DNA of 64,000 bases from Hydrurus foetidus (Eukaryota). The notes beneath the pieces were generated by a model that was given only the letters and a program-made list of their open reading frames with translations, did not search any database and was not told where the DNA came from. The stretch lies in assembly GCA_900617105.1 (NCBI GenBank), contig UYFQ01000004.1, positions 248,001 to 312,000 of the forward strand. Direction: 5' to 3'. A program made the translations under genes and the position numbers. Of the stretch, positions 38,955-49,288 are shown piece after piece; position 1 is the first letter of the stretch, and each line of letters starts with the position of its first letter.

Positions 38955-40244
38955 TTACAGCGGCTTTTGCGCAGCGGCGGCGGCCCGCAGCTTGTCTTTC
39001 TTGCTGGGGCGGCGGCCTTTGATGCCGCCATTCGCAGGCGACTCAGGAGACGTGGATGCAGCACCCAGTGTTGCCGGGTCTACCGGCGCAGGCTCGAAGC
39101 CTTCAATGCGCTCACGGGGCAGCTGCAAATGCTGGCGCTTTTCGATCAGCTGGAAATGCGCTTCACTCTCGGGCGTGATGAAACTGATGGCGATGCCGCT
39201 CTCGCCCGCCCGGCCCGTGCGGCCAATGCGGTGGATGTAGTCGGTAGGCGAACGGGGTAAATCGTAGTTAATCACCACCGGCAACTGGGCAATGTCCAGC
39301 CCCCGCGCCGCCAAATCGGTGGCGATGACAACTTCCCAGCGTTTGTCTTTCAGCTCTTGCAGCACCTCGGTGCGCGTACCCTGGGCCAGTGCGCCGTGGA
39401 AGGCGGTGGCGAAGATGCCATTTTTGTAGAGCTTCTCTGCAATCGTTTCCGCCGCGTACTGGGTAGCGACGAAGACCAGCACGCGGTCCCACTTGTTTTC
39501 TTTGACCAGGTGACGCAGGAGCGAGGTACGCTGTTTGCCGTCCACCTCAATCGCCCGCTGGAGGATGAGTGGCGTGCCGGTGTCTTCACGCCCTGGCTCA
39601 GCCGCCACCTCGATGCGCACCGGTGTGCGCAGCAGCGCATCAGCCAGCGCCTGCACCTCAGGTGGAAAGGTGGCCGAAAAGAACAGGCTTTGCCGCTGCG
39701 TGGGCAGCAGCGCGAGGATGCGGTTCAGCTCTTCGGTGAAGCCCAAATCCAGCAAACGGTCGGCTTCATCCAGCACCAAAGTGGCTACACCGCTTATCCG
39801 CAGCGCATTGTGTGCTATCAAATCTAATAAACGCCCCGGCGTGGCGACCACAATGTCCGCTCCACCGCGCAGCCGCATCATTTGCGGATTGATCGAGACA
39901 CCGCCGAACGCGATCACCGTCTTGGGCGGGTTCGGCAGGTGCTGCGCCAAACTGCGGATCACCTCACCTACCTGCGCGGCCAGCTCGCGCGTGGGCACGA
40001 GGATGAGGGCACGCACGCGGCGGGGGGATTCACCGGCACCGGCGTGGTCGCGCTGCAAGTTGTGCAGCAGGGGGAGGGCAAAAGCCGCCGTCTTGCCCGA
40101 ACCCGTTTGCGCCACGCCCACCACGTCCGCACCGCTCAAAATCACTGGCACCGCCTCGGTTTGGATGGCGGTGGGCACAGTAAAGCCCATCAAAGTAGCG
40201 GCTTGCGCGAGGGCGGGGGACAAACCCAAGAAGGTGAATGGCAT
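38955..40244 (-). CDS. DEAD-box RNA helicase (RhlE-like)
   Basis: AQTGSGKT, PTRELA, DEAD, SAT, HRIGRTGR. Confidence 0.95.
   Translation of the reverse strand: MPFTFLGLSPALAQAATLMGFTVPTAIQTEAVPVILSGADVVGVAQTGSGKTAAFALPLLHNLQRDHAGAGESPRRVRALILVPTRELAAQVGEVIRSLAQHLPNPPKTVIAFGGVSINPQMMRLRGGADIVVATPGRLLDLIAHNALRISGVATLVLDEADRLLDLGFTEELNRILALLPTQRQSLFFSATFPPEVQALADALLRTPVRIEVAAEPGREDTGTPLILQRAIEVDGKQRTSLLRHLVKENKWDRVLVFVATQYAAETIAEKLYKNGIFATAFHGALAQGTRTEVLQELKDKRWEVVIATDLAARGLDIAQLPVVINYDLPRSPTDYIHRIGRTGRAGESGIAISFITPESEAHFQLIEKRQHLQLPRERIEGFEPAPVDPATLGAASTSPESPANGGIKGRRPSKKDKLRAAAAAQKPL
39783..39830 (-). repeat. Dispersed ~48-bp motif copy (in helicase)
   Basis: TTATTAGATTTGATAGC-ACACAATGCG-CTGCGGATAA-GCGGTGTAGC-C; rare TTA/ATA codons locally. 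Confidence 0.65.
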
Positions 40245-40416
40245 GGCACAAAGGGGGCAGGGGTGAACAGGCGTGCAGCGTAACAGATGGCCTACCCCTG
40301 CGCCCATGCCCGTTTGAACAGGCCACCGATGGGAGCGATGAACTCAGCGAGAATCACACGCTGAAATACGCTCCATCACCTGAGCGCCTTACTTCCCATC
40401 CCTATCCAATTACCCC

Positions 40417-40893
40417 ATGAACATCACCGCAGACACCGTTGTCACCCTCACCTACAAAGTCGCCGACGCCAAAGGCTTTCTGATCGAAAACGTCAAAGAA
40501 CCCATGGCCTACCTGCATGGCGGCTACGGCAACACCCTGCCCAAAATCGAAGCTGCACTCGACGGCCAAGCCACCGGTTACACCACCACTTTGCAACTCG
40601 AACCCGCCGATGCCTTTGGTCTGCGCGACGAAAGCCTGGTGCACACCATCCCCCGCAGCCAGTTCCCTCCGGGCGTGAAGGTGGGCGGTCAGCTCAAAGG
40701 CATGGGCGAAGACGGCACCGAGCAGGTGTTCAACGTCATGAAAATCAAGGGCGACACGGTTCATCTCGACGGCAACCACCCCTGGGCTGGCAAGGTGTTG
40801 CGCTTCACCTTGAAAGTAACTGAAGTCCGCACCGCCTCCGCCGAGGAAATCACCCATAAGCATGTTCATGGCGCACACGGCCACCACCATTGA
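40417..40893 (+). CDS. slyD: FKBP-type peptidyl-prolyl isomerase SlyD
   Basis: YLHGGY, DGNHPWAG, His-rich tail. Confidence 0.9.
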   Translation: MNITADTVVTLTYKVADAKGFLIENVKEPMAYLHGGYGNTLPKIEAALDGQATGYTTTLQLEPADAFGLRDESLVHTIPRSQFPPGVKVGGQLKGMGEDGTEQVFNVMKIKGDTVHLDGNHPWAGKVLRFTLKVTEVRTASAEEITHKHVHGAHGHHH

Positions 40894-40957
40894 AACCTTG
40901 AGATCAGCTTGAAATCGGCCCCGGCGGGCCTCAAATGTGATTTTTGAAAGCCCCGCC

Positions 40958-42055
40958 ATGCCCACCAACTCTCCCGGCCCCGCGCTAGCAGCCCACCCCG
41001 TCCTCAGCGTCAACCCTTTGGGTTTTCCCTGGGCGACCATCGATCCCTTCCTGTTCTGCGCTTACCACGACGATGCCTACCCCCAGGGCAATGCGCACAT
41101 GGGGCCAGACGTTTCGTTGGCAGGGCGGCAACTCGGCAGTGACTTCTCCCACAAAGATGGCTGGAGCATGTACCACGGCACCACCGTGCCAGGCTTCCCC
41201 GGTCACCCGCACCGGGGCTTTGAGACTGTCACTGTCGTACGCAAAGGCCTGATTGACCACTCCGACTCGCTGGGTGCCACGGCCCGCTTTGGCGGTGGCG
41301 ATGTGCAGTGGCTCACTGCGGGCAACGGCATCGTGCATGCCGAGATGTTTCCGCTGCTGAACCGCGATACCGCCAACCCGCTGGAGCTGTTCCAAATCTG
41401 GCTGAACCTGCCCGCCGCCCGCAAAATGGTGGCCCCGCACTTCACCATGTTCTGGTCAGAAACCATTCCCCGCCTCCAGGCACCGGGCACCGAAGTAGCC
41501 TGCATCGCCGGACGGCTGGCAGCCTCCTCCGACTCTGACACCGATGCATCCACCGCGCCAACCCCGCTGACCCCCCTCGCTCCACCGCCCGACTCCTGGG
41601 CTTCGCAGCCCGATGCGGACGTGGCGATCTGGACCATCAAGCTACAGCCCGGCGCCCGCTGGACGCTGCCCGCCGCCACAGGCGCACAAACCCGGCGCAG
41701 CCTGTACTTCTTCAAAGGCAACACCATTCACGTTGCAGCGCAGGTAATAACTGCACATGCAGCTATTGAATTAGCAGCAAATGAGGCAGTAGAACTTGTC
41801 AACGGCGACGCGGTGAGCGAATTCCTGGTGCTGCAAGGCCGCCCCATCGCCGAGCCCGTGGCCCAGTACGGCCCATTCGTGATGAACACCCAGGCCGAAA
41901 TCGCCCAAACCATGCAGGACTACCAGCGCACCCAGTTCGGCGGCTGGCCTTGGGAAGACAACGCCCCCGTGCATGGGCGTGACCCGGCGCGGTTTGCCCG
42001 GCATCCGGGTGGGCGAGAGGAACGACCTGCGGACAGCCGCCTTAACGCCGCTTAA
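40958..42055 (+). CDS. Pirin family protein
   Basis: DPFL, HPHRGFETVT, GIVHAE, GPFVMN. Confidence 0.93.
   Translation: MPTNSPGPALAAHPVLSVNPLGFPWATIDPFLFCAYHDDAYPQGNAHMGPDVSLAGRQLGSDFSHKDGWSMYHGTTVPGFPGHPHRGFETVTVVRKGLIDHSDSLGATARFGGGDVQWLTAGNGIVHAEMFPLLNRDTANPLELFQIWLNLPAARKMVAPHFTMFWSETIPRLQAPGTEVACIAGRLAASSDSDTDASTAPTPLTPLAPPPDSWASQPDADVAIWTIKLQPGARWTLPAATGAQTRRSLYFFKGNTIHVAAQVITAHAAIELAANEAVELVNGDAVSEFLVLQGRPIAEPVAQYGPFVMNTQAEIAQTMQDYQRTQFGGWPWEDNAPVHGRDPARFARHPGGREERPADSRLNAA
41731..41778 (-). repeat. Dispersed ~48-bp motif copy (in pirin)
   Basis: GCTGCTAATTCAATAGC-TGCATGTGCA-GTTATTACCT-GCGCT. Confidence 0.7.
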
Positions 42056-42152
42056 GTCGTCATCTGCAACCGTGCTGTAGCTTCTCCCGCCAGGGCGAGG
42101 TGGGCACGTCCACCACACCACCATTACGGTGACGGCCATCTGGGCACAAACC

Positions 42153-42200
42153 GCTTCGTTTTCAGTAGCCCCTTATGCCCACCTAGAAAGCTCCTGACCT
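42153..42200 (+). repeat. Dispersed ~48-bp motif copy (pirin-LysR intergenic)
   Basis: GCTTCGTTTTCAGTAGC-CCCTTATGCC-CACCTAGAAA-GC. Confidence 0.55.
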
Positions 42201-42217
42201 TGATTTAACCTGTATTT

Positions 42218-43150
42218 TCAGGCTCCCGCCACCGCATACCGGTCAGACACCAAGCACTGCACTTCTTCGCGCAGCAGGGTCACCATGACAGCGCTGGCGG
42301 GGGAAAGGCTGCGGCCGCGCCGGGTGACCAAGCCAATCGGGCGCGGCATATCGGGATCGACCAAACGCCGCTGGACCAAACCCGCTTGCGGTGCGACGGC
42401 GGCGGCCAGCTCAGGCAACGCCGCCACCCCCAGTCCGGCGGCAACCATGGCGTTGATGGTGGCGAGGTGCTCGACCTCGTAGCGCGGACTGAACCGGACA
42501 CGGTGTGACAACAGCGCGGCATCGGCGTACTGGCGCACGCTGGCAGGCAGGGGCATGGAAATGTGGATGCAATCGACCACCTCTGCCCAGCGCAGCGGTG
42601 CCAGGCTGGTCGCCAGCGTGTGCGAAGCGGGAATCAACAGTACAAAGCCATCGGAGGCCAGCGGCGTGTAGTCCAGATCAGCGTAGGCCGGGTTGGCCGC
42701 CGTCAGCGCAAACTCAACCTGACCAGCCCGCACCAGGTCAAACGCAGGCCCCGACAACGTGTCAATCACTTGCAGTTTGATGGCCGGGTACTGCGCCGCA
42801 AAGCGCGCAAATGCAGCAGGCACAACGGTGGCCGCCAGCGAAGGCAGTGCGGCCAGCACCACCTGCCCAATGTGCAAATCGGCCACATTGCGCACCGCTT
42901 GCACCGCCGCGTCTGACTGGTCGCGCAGCAACCGGGCCTGCTCGACAAACACCTGGCCTGGGCCGGTGAGCTGCACGCTGCGGGTGGTGCGGTCAAACAG
43001 CCGCACGCCCAGCGACTCTTCCAGCCGCAGGATCAGACTGGACACCGCCGGTTGCGACAAATGCACTTGTTCGGCTGTACGGCGAAAGCTCAAGGTTTGC
43101 GCCAGAGTCAAAAAAACGTCCAGCTCGCGGGGATTCCAATTGATAGCCAT
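42218..43150 (-). CDS. LysR family transcriptional regulator
   Basis: SFRRTAEQVHLSQPAVS...LFDRTTR. Confidence 0.95.
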   Translation of the reverse strand: MAINWNPRELDVFLTLAQTLSFRRTAEQVHLSQPAVSSLILRLEESLGVRLFDRTTRSVQLTGPGQVFVEQARLLRDQSDAAVQAVRNVADLHIGQVVLAALPSLAATVVPAAFARFAAQYPAIKLQVIDTLSGPAFDLVRAGQVEFALTAANPAYADLDYTPLASDGFVLLIPASHTLATSLAPLRWAEVVDCIHISMPLPASVRQYADAALLSHRVRFSPRYEVEHLATINAMVAAGLGVAALPELAAAVAPQAGLVQRRLVDPDMPRPIGLVTRRGRSLSPASAVMVTLLREEVQCLVSDRYAVAGA

Positions 43151-43266
43151 TGCTTATCAGTTTATCGAAAAAATCATTTTGACGAAACAATGACGCGTTC
43201 TTACACTGCGCTCACGTCCAAACCGAACCCACAAAACACCGCGACACACCGCAAGGAGACCCCGTT

Positions 43267-44235
43267 TTGACACCATCCACATTGCTGCCTGACCACCCCC
43301 GCCATACCCATGCTGTCGTTATCGGCGCAGGCACCATGGGCGCTGATGTGGCCATCGTCCTCGCACGCGGAGGCTGCCGCGTGACCGTCACCGACCCCGA
43401 TGCAGGTAAGCGGGCGCTACTGATGGCGCATGCGCGCGCCGGCCTTGCGCCTTTGGGCCTGGAAACGCGCACGGACAGGGTACAGGCCGTTGCCAGCCTG
43501 CAAGACGTTCAGTGGCACGACGCCGCGCTGGTCATCGAATGCATCCCCGAAAAACTGGCGGCCAAGCAGGCCCTGTTTGCACAACTGGTTGAACTTGCCC
43601 CCCGCACCACCGTGCTGACCAGCAACAGCTCCAGCTTCCCCATCAGCGCCATTGGGCAAGGGTTGGCCACGCAAGAGCGCATGCTGGGGCTGCACTTTTT
43701 CATGCCTGCGCACCTGGTGCCGTTGGTGGAAGTCGTGCTGGGCCCGCAAACGAACGCGGCGCAGGCCGAGCGGCTGTGCAGCTACATGCGCGGCTGCGGC
43801 AGCGTGCCGGTGCTGGTGCGCAAGGACAAGCCCGGCTTTCTGGCGAACCGCTTGCAGCATGCGCTGGCACGTGAAGCCTTCGCCATGATTGATGAGGGCA
43901 TCGCCAGCGCAGAAGACGTGGACGCCGCCGTGCGCTTTGGCTTTGGCTTTCGCTACCTCGCCGCTGGCCCCGTGCTGCAACGCGACCACGCGGGGCTGGA
44001 TGTGCATTGCGCCGCCGCCGCCACCATCTACCCCAGCCTGTCCAACACGGCCACCCCCGCCCGCGTGCTGCAAGAACACGTCAACGCCGGGAAATTAGGC
44101 ATGAAAGCTGGCGCGGGCTTTTACGACTGGCCAGCCGACCGTCGCCTGGCCGAACGCGAGCGCTACGACCGCTTGTTGCAGCAAGGGCTGGATTTGATGG
44201 CCGACGAACTGCCGCCGCTGGACCGCAGCTTTTAA
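43267..44235 (+). CDS. 3-hydroxyacyl-CoA dehydrogenase family protein
   Basis: GAGTMG, ECIPEK, SNSSS, HFF, GFLANR; TTG start after AGGAG. Confidence 0.9.
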   Translation: MTPSTLLPDHPRHTHAVVIGAGTMGADVAIVLARGGCRVTVTDPDAGKRALLMAHARAGLAPLGLETRTDRVQAVASLQDVQWHDAALVIECIPEKLAAKQALFAQLVELAPRTTVLTSNSSSFPISAIGQGLATQERMLGLHFFMPAHLVPLVEVVLGPQTNAAQAERLCSYMRGCGSVPVLVRKDKPGFLANRLQHALAREAFAMIDEGIASAEDVDAAVRFGFGFRYLAAGPVLQRDHAGLDVHCAAAATIYPSLSNTATPARVLQEHVNAGKLGMKAGAGFYDWPADRRLAERERYDRLLQQGLDLMADELPPLDRSF

Positions 44236-44284
44236 ACCCGCGATCGCGACGAACACCCTGACCACCAGAACCACCATAAACACC

Positions 44285-45106
44285 ATGACTACCGATCCCC
44301 TCATCATCACCGTCGCGCCCAACGGCGCTTACAAAATGGCGAGCGACCACCCTGGCGTCCCGCTAACGGCGTCGAGCTTGGCCACCACAGCCAAAGCCTG
44401 TCTGGACGCTGGCGCGGCCATGCTGCACCTCCATATCCGTGATGCACAAGGCAAGCATAGCCTGGACGTGCAGGGCTACCGCGATGCGCTGCACGCCGTC
44501 AAGGCAGCTGTGGGCGATGAGATGGTGTTGCAAATTACCAGTGAAGCGGCCCGCGTCTACCAGGCACCAGCGCAAATCGCCATGGTGCAAGCCTTGCACC
44601 CCGAAGCGGTGTCTGTGGGGCTGCGTGAGGTAGACCAACCCGAGATCGGCGAACCAGGTTTGACGCAGTTTTTTGGCTGGCTGGCACGCGAACGGGTCAT
44701 GACGCAGGTGATTCTGTACGACGTGGTTGACCTGCAACGCTGGCAAGACCTGCGCGCACGCGGCATCGTCCCTGACGCACCCTGGTTTTTGCTGTTTGTG
44801 CTGGGCCGCTACACCGCAGGGCAAACCTCCAGCCCACGCGATCTGGTGCCGTTTGTGCACGCCCACACGGGGACAGAACCCTGGGCCATGTGCGCTTTTG
44901 GGGCAACGGAACACGCCTGTGCCACCGCTGCTGCTGCCCTCGGTGGGCACGCCCGGGTTGGTTTTGAAAACAACCTGCTGCTCAAAAGCGGGCAAACTGC
45001 ATCAGACAACGCGGCCTTGGTCAGGCAAGTGGCCCTGGCCGCAGCCGGTTTGGGTCGTCCCTTGGCCACAGCGCATGACATTCGCCAGCGCTTTGGCGCC
45101 GCCTGA
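44285..45106 (+). CDS. Beta-keto acid cleavage enzyme (BKACE/Kce, DUF849)
   Basis: ITVAPNG, GAAMLHLHIRD, GHARVGFEN. Confidence 0.9.
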   Translation: MTTDPLIITVAPNGAYKMASDHPGVPLTASSLATTAKACLDAGAAMLHLHIRDAQGKHSLDVQGYRDALHAVKAAVGDEMVLQITSEAARVYQAPAQIAMVQALHPEAVSVGLREVDQPEIGEPGLTQFFGWLARERVMTQVILYDVVDLQRWQDLRARGIVPDAPWFLLFVLGRYTAGQTSSPRDLVPFVHAHTGTEPWAMCAFGATEHACATAAAALGGHARVGFENNLLLKSGQTASDNAALVRQVALAAAGLGRPLATAHDIRQRFGAA

Positions 45107-45132
45107 TTTTTAAAACAACCTCTGGAAACACC

Positions 45133-46155
45133 ATGAAACGCACCTCTGCTTTGAAACCCATGCTGCTGCAACGCGCCAAACTGTGCACCGCAGCGACATT
45201 GACCCTCGCGTCGCTGTTGCTGTTGCTGCCCCTGGCCAGCCAGGCGCAAGACGCGTACCCCAGCAAGACCATCCGCTTCGTGGTGCCCTACCCACCCGGT
45301 GGCCCTACGGACTTGATGGCGCGGCTGTTAACGGTCGAGCTGCAAGCCCGCTTGGGCGTCTCAGTGATCGTGGACAACAAAGGCGGGGCTGGTGGGAACC
45401 TGGGCAGTGCAGAAGTGGCCAAACAAGCCCCTGCGGATGGCCACACCTTGCTGCTGGCCGCCAGCGGCCCGATGGCCGTGAACGCCACGCTGTACCACAG
45501 CATGCCGTTCAACCCCCTCATCGATTTGGCACCCGTGATCCAGATTTCATCGTTTCCGCTGGTGCTGGAAGTCAACCCCAAGGTCAACGTCAAAACCGTG
45601 AAAGAGCTGATTGCCTTGGCCAAAACCAACAAGACAGATTTGAGCTTTGCCTCCGCAGGCAATGGCACGCCGCAGCACCTGGCGGGGGAAATGTTCAACA
45701 CCCAGACGGACATCAAAATTGCCCACATCCCCTACCGTGGCGCAGGCCCTGCGGTGAACGACCTGCTGGGCGGGCAGGTCAATGTGATGTTTGATATTTT
45801 GAGCAGCTCCTTGCAGTACATCCAGGCAGGCAAACTCACTGCCCTGGCCGTGACCTCCGCCAAACGCAGCCCGCAATTGCCCAACGTGCCCACCATGGCC
45901 GAAGCAGGTGTACCAGGTTATGAATTCACCGGCTGGCACGGCATTGCCGTGCGCGCAGGCACCCCTGCCCCCATCATTGACAAGCTGAACACCACGCTGA
46001 ACGCCATCTTCAAGGAACCCGAATTCCGCAAAAAATGGGAAGCCATCGGCACCCCCGTGGTGGGCGGTACTGCGGCGCAATTTGGTGAACTCATCAAAAA
46101 AGACACCGTGCGCCTGGGCAAAGTAGTCAAGGATTCAGGGGTCACACTGGACTAA
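45133..46155 (+). CDS. Bug/TctC tripartite tricarboxylate transporter binding protein
   Basis: YPSKTIRFVVPYPPGGPTD, HIPYRG. Confidence 0.93.
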   Translation: MKRTSALKPMLLQRAKLCTAATLTLASLLLLLPLASQAQDAYPSKTIRFVVPYPPGGPTDLMARLLTVELQARLGVSVIVDNKGGAGGNLGSAEVAKQAPADGHTLLLAASGPMAVNATLYHSMPFNPLIDLAPVIQISSFPLVLEVNPKVNVKTVKELIALAKTNKTDLSFASAGNGTPQHLAGEMFNTQTDIKIAHIPYRGAGPAVNDLLGGQVNVMFDILSSSLQYIQAGKLTALAVTSAKRSPQLPNVPTMAEAGVPGYEFTGWHGIAVRAGTPAPIIDKLNTTLNAIFKEPEFRKKWEAIGTPVVGGTAAQFGELIKKDTVRLGKVVKDSGVTLD

Positions 46156-46240
46156 CCCCACCGAGCGCTGACAGCCTAGGCCTGTTCCCGTCAAAATGAG
46201 GGGCTCAACAGCACGCGCCGCCGCCTTCAAGGAACACACC

Positions 46241-46972
46241 ATGTCCACACTGCCCCTCGCATCCCACACCAGCCCTCACCCCATCACCCAAAAATGGCCC
46301 GCTCAGCACCCTGAGCGCCTCCAGCTCTACTCCCTGCCCACGCCCAACGGGGTGAAGGTGTCCATCTTGCTGGAAGAAATCGGCCTGCCCTACGAGGCGC
46401 ATCTGGTCAGCTTTGAGACCAACGACCAGATGACACCGGCCTTTTTGTCGCTCAACCCGAACAACAAAATCCCCGCCATCCTTGACCCCAACGGGCCGGG
46501 CGGCCAGCCGCTGGCGTTGTTTGAATCGGGTGCTATTCTGATTTACCTCGCTGAAAAATCAGGCCAATGCATGCCCAAAGATGCGGCTGGCCGGTACGAA
46601 ACGATCCAGTGGGTGATGTTCCAGATGGGCGGCATTGGGCCGATGTTTGGGCAGCTGGGGTTTTTCCACAAGTTTGCGGGCAAAGACTTTGAAGACAAGC
46701 GCCCACGTGACCGCTATGTGGCGGAATCCAAGCGGCTGCTGGGGGTGCTGAACCAGCGCCTGACGGGCCGTGCCTGGGTGATGGGCGACGACTACAGCAT
46801 CGCCGACATCGCCATCTTCCCGTGGGTGCGCAACCTGATTGGGTTTTACGGTGCTGGCGATTTGGTGGGGATGGCGGATTTCCCCGAAGTGCTGCGGGTG
46901 CTGGCGGCGTTTGTAGCGCGGCCAGCGGTGGTGCGTGGTTTGGCCACACCACAGATACCACAGCGCGGCTGA
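46241..46972 (+). CDS. Glutathione S-transferase (YfcG/Nu class)
   Basis: TPNGVK, NPNNKIPA, FESGAIL, SIADIA. Confidence 0.92.
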   Translation: MSTLPLASHTSPHPITQKWPAQHPERLQLYSLPTPNGVKVSILLEEIGLPYEAHLVSFETNDQMTPAFLSLNPNNKIPAILDPNGPGGQPLALFESGAILIYLAEKSGQCMPKDAAGRYETIQWVMFQMGGIGPMFGQLGFFHKFAGKDFEDKRPRDRYVAESKRLLGVLNQRLTGRAWVMGDDYSIADIAIFPWVRNLIGFYGAGDLVGMADFPEVLRVLAAFVARPAVVRGLATPQIPQRG

Positions 46973-46977
46973 TTACA

Positions 46978-47025
46978 ACTCCTAATATAATAGCAAACTG
47001 TGCTTATAGGACTAGCGAATAAGCC
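46978..47025 (+). repeat. Dispersed ~48-bp motif copy (after GST)
   Basis: ACTCCTAATATAATAGC-AAACTGTGCT-TATAGGACTA-GCGAATAAGC-C. Confidence 0.65.
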
Positions 47026-47122
47026 GGATATGGCTTAGATTTTCAGCCGCAATTGCTCTGAAACCCGCCGAAATACGCGCATCGCCTGCCGCTGCCGCCC
47101 AAAACACCTCGGCCAGCGCCTG
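47012..47122 (-). pseudogene. Orphan 3' fragment of yjjJ
   Basis: Translates QALAEVFWAAAAGDARISAGFRAIAAENLSHIRLIR*; 47068-47120 is 51/53 nt identical to 50961-51013. Confidence 0.9.
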
Positions 47123-47833
47123 CGGGCGCAGCCAACGTATACCTACAAGAGAGGTGGCCCAGGTTGTTCTTGATCAGATTTGAGAGTCATGTACTCCAAG
47201 CGCCACTGGCTTAGCACACGAGCCCGACTGACTGGTAGGTCGTCGTCCGATATGGCGAAGCACGCGTTCAAAATAATCTCAGTGGGATGATCCTTTATCC
47301 GAGCTTGGATAGTTTCCTCCACCCTCTCCGCCAACTCTTGCGCAGCTTTGCCAGAAGCAATTGCATCGTCACCAGGCGCATACACGAGAACGATGCTCAA
47401 GTCGTAAGGATCGCCCATTTTTCGCTCAACGTTCGCGCCACCATCCACGTCGAAGTAGACGAAGGAAATGAGTTCACCTTGCGTCTCAAGGGCCTTTGCC
47501 AACTTCGTGTCCGCTTTCAACTCTTTCATCCGATTGACAAAAACATCGGGAAAGGCAGCACGGTTGTACCGTGAACTCAGCCAGCTACGCAGAACAGCAA
47601 GCGCCTTGCCATCCAGAACACAGGAGAGGTCCGGGGCAAACTGCGCAAGCGCGGTTTTCAGGGTCGTACGCTTGCTTGTGGTAACCAGTTCAATCCAACG
47701 CTTTACACCTCGAATCGTGACGGGGGAGTGCAGAGTTCGTGGAGCCTTGCCCCAGGTGAAGTTTCCATTTTCGTTCGTTACGAAGCGACCTACGATGACC
47801 TCTACGTCGGGTTCTGCCTCCAAATTGTCATTA

Positions 47834-49125
47834 GGGCAGTCCTATAAATTCCCAAATCCAGTCAACGCATAAACGATATAAATCGTTTATCTAAGAAGCC
47901 TCCTAATCACAAGCCATGATGCAAAGCAGTTTTTTTGACCTCGACAAGAGGTACGCGAAGTTGAGCGAGGCCGGAGATCCGCTGGAGCGGTTGAATGAGG
48001 CAATTGACTGGGAGATGTTTCGCACGACGCTCGAGCGCATAGATGTAAAGCCACGCAAAAGCGCAGCAGGACGTCCACCAACCTGCCGAATCGTGATGTT
48101 CAAGATGCTGCTGCTCCAGCGCCTGCATCAACTCTCAGACGAGCGCTTGGAATACCAAGTGACGGACCGGCTGTCGTTCATGCGGTTTTTAGGGTTGGAG
48201 TTGGCTGGACTTGTACCTGACTCAAGAACCGTCTGGGCCTTTCGCGAAGCGCTCAAGAAGAGCGACCTGATGCAGCCCCTGCTGGACAAGCTGACCCAAG
48301 CGCTAGGGGATATGGGCGTGGAACTCAAAAGTGGGCAAATCATAGATGCCAGCTTTATCCCCGTACCCATCCAGCGCAATGGGCGCGAAGAGAATGCCCA
48401 ACTCAAAGCAGGCAAGACCCCCGAAGAGTGGATGGACAACGCAAACAAGCTACGGCACAAAGACGTAGATGCCCGCTGGACAAAGAAAAGCGGGCAAAGC
48501 CACTACGGCTACAAGAACCACATCAACATCGACAAAGACACCAAGCTGATCACGGCGCATGCGTGTACAGATGCCAGCGTTCACGACAGCCAAGAGCTTG
48601 ATACCGTGCTGCGCACACCAGAAGAGGGTGGCAAAGACACGTGGGCAGACAGCGCCTACCGCTCAGAGGAGCAGGAAAAGGCGCTCCAGGCCAGCCAACA
48701 CAGCAGCCACATCCATGAGCGGGCGTATCGCAACCATCCTCTGACGGAGGAACAAAAGGCCACCAACAAAACCAAGTCCAAAGTACGCGCTCGCGTTGAG
48801 CATGTCTTTGGGCACATGGAAAACACAATGGGCGGCATGGGCCTGCGCACCATCGGACTCGCTCGCGCCAAAGTGGGCGTGGCGTTGATGAACCTCACCT
48901 ACAACATCAGCCGCATTGAGATACTCATGCGCAACAAGGTTTTTAGCTTCTCTCGCCTGCTCACGCCCAAAATGGGCCAAGTGGCCTGAAATGGGGGCAA
49001 AACCCCCCTTGAAGCGCCTCGAAATCACCAAAAATGCGAAAAAACACAAAACAAATTCGCATTGTGAAATGTTTAGCGTCCCAGGCAAGGCTTGGGGTGG
49101 TTAACGTCGATTTATAGAACTGCCC
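47834..49125 (+). mobile_element. IS5-family insertion sequence (1292 bp)
   Basis: TIRs GGGCAGTCCTATAAAT / ATTTATAGAACTGCCC (15/16 match); 4-bp ATTA target duplication at 47830-47833 and 49126-49129. Confidence 0.95.
47916..48989 (+). CDS. IS5 family transposase
   Basis: IIDAS, DARWTKK...YGYKNH, ADSAY, RARVEHVFG DDE motifs. Confidence 0.95.
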   Translation: MMQSSFFDLDKRYAKLSEAGDPLERLNEAIDWEMFRTTLERIDVKPRKSAAGRPPTCRIVMFKMLLLQRLHQLSDERLEYQVTDRLSFMRFLGLELAGLVPDSRTVWAFREALKKSDLMQPLLDKLTQALGDMGVELKSGQIIDASFIPVPIQRNGREENAQLKAGKTPEEWMDNANKLRHKDVDARWTKKSGQSHYGYKNHINIDKDTKLITAHACTDASVHDSQELDTVLRTPEEGGKDTWADSAYRSEEQEKALQASQHSSHIHERAYRNHPLTEEQKATNKTKSKVRARVEHVFGHMENTMGGMGLRTIGLARAKVGVALMNLTYNISRIEILMRNKVFSFSRLLTPKMGQVA

Positions 49126-49288
49126 ATTAGCAAGATCACAGTCATGGGTGATGACGAGCACACAGGTTGCATCTGCATCCACCGCATTTGCAAATTTAAA
49201 ATGTTGAGCTGCATCGGGCGGCAGAATGCATCCTTGTCGCCAAATCGTTTCCCGCGACCAAGTTTTCGGCTGCTGAGGCTGCATTCGC

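Larger units (their letters stand above)
47143..49284 (-). pseudogene. 281-aa hypothetical protein interrupted by IS5
   Basis: Removing the IS and one ATTA restores the frame: MQPQQP...VITHDCDLAN|DNLEAEPDVEV...GPPLL*. Confidence 0.88.

Noticed and set aside
46175..46200. CTAGGCCTGTTCCCG resembling an IS/MITE end
   Set aside because: No partner inverted repeat or target duplication was found.
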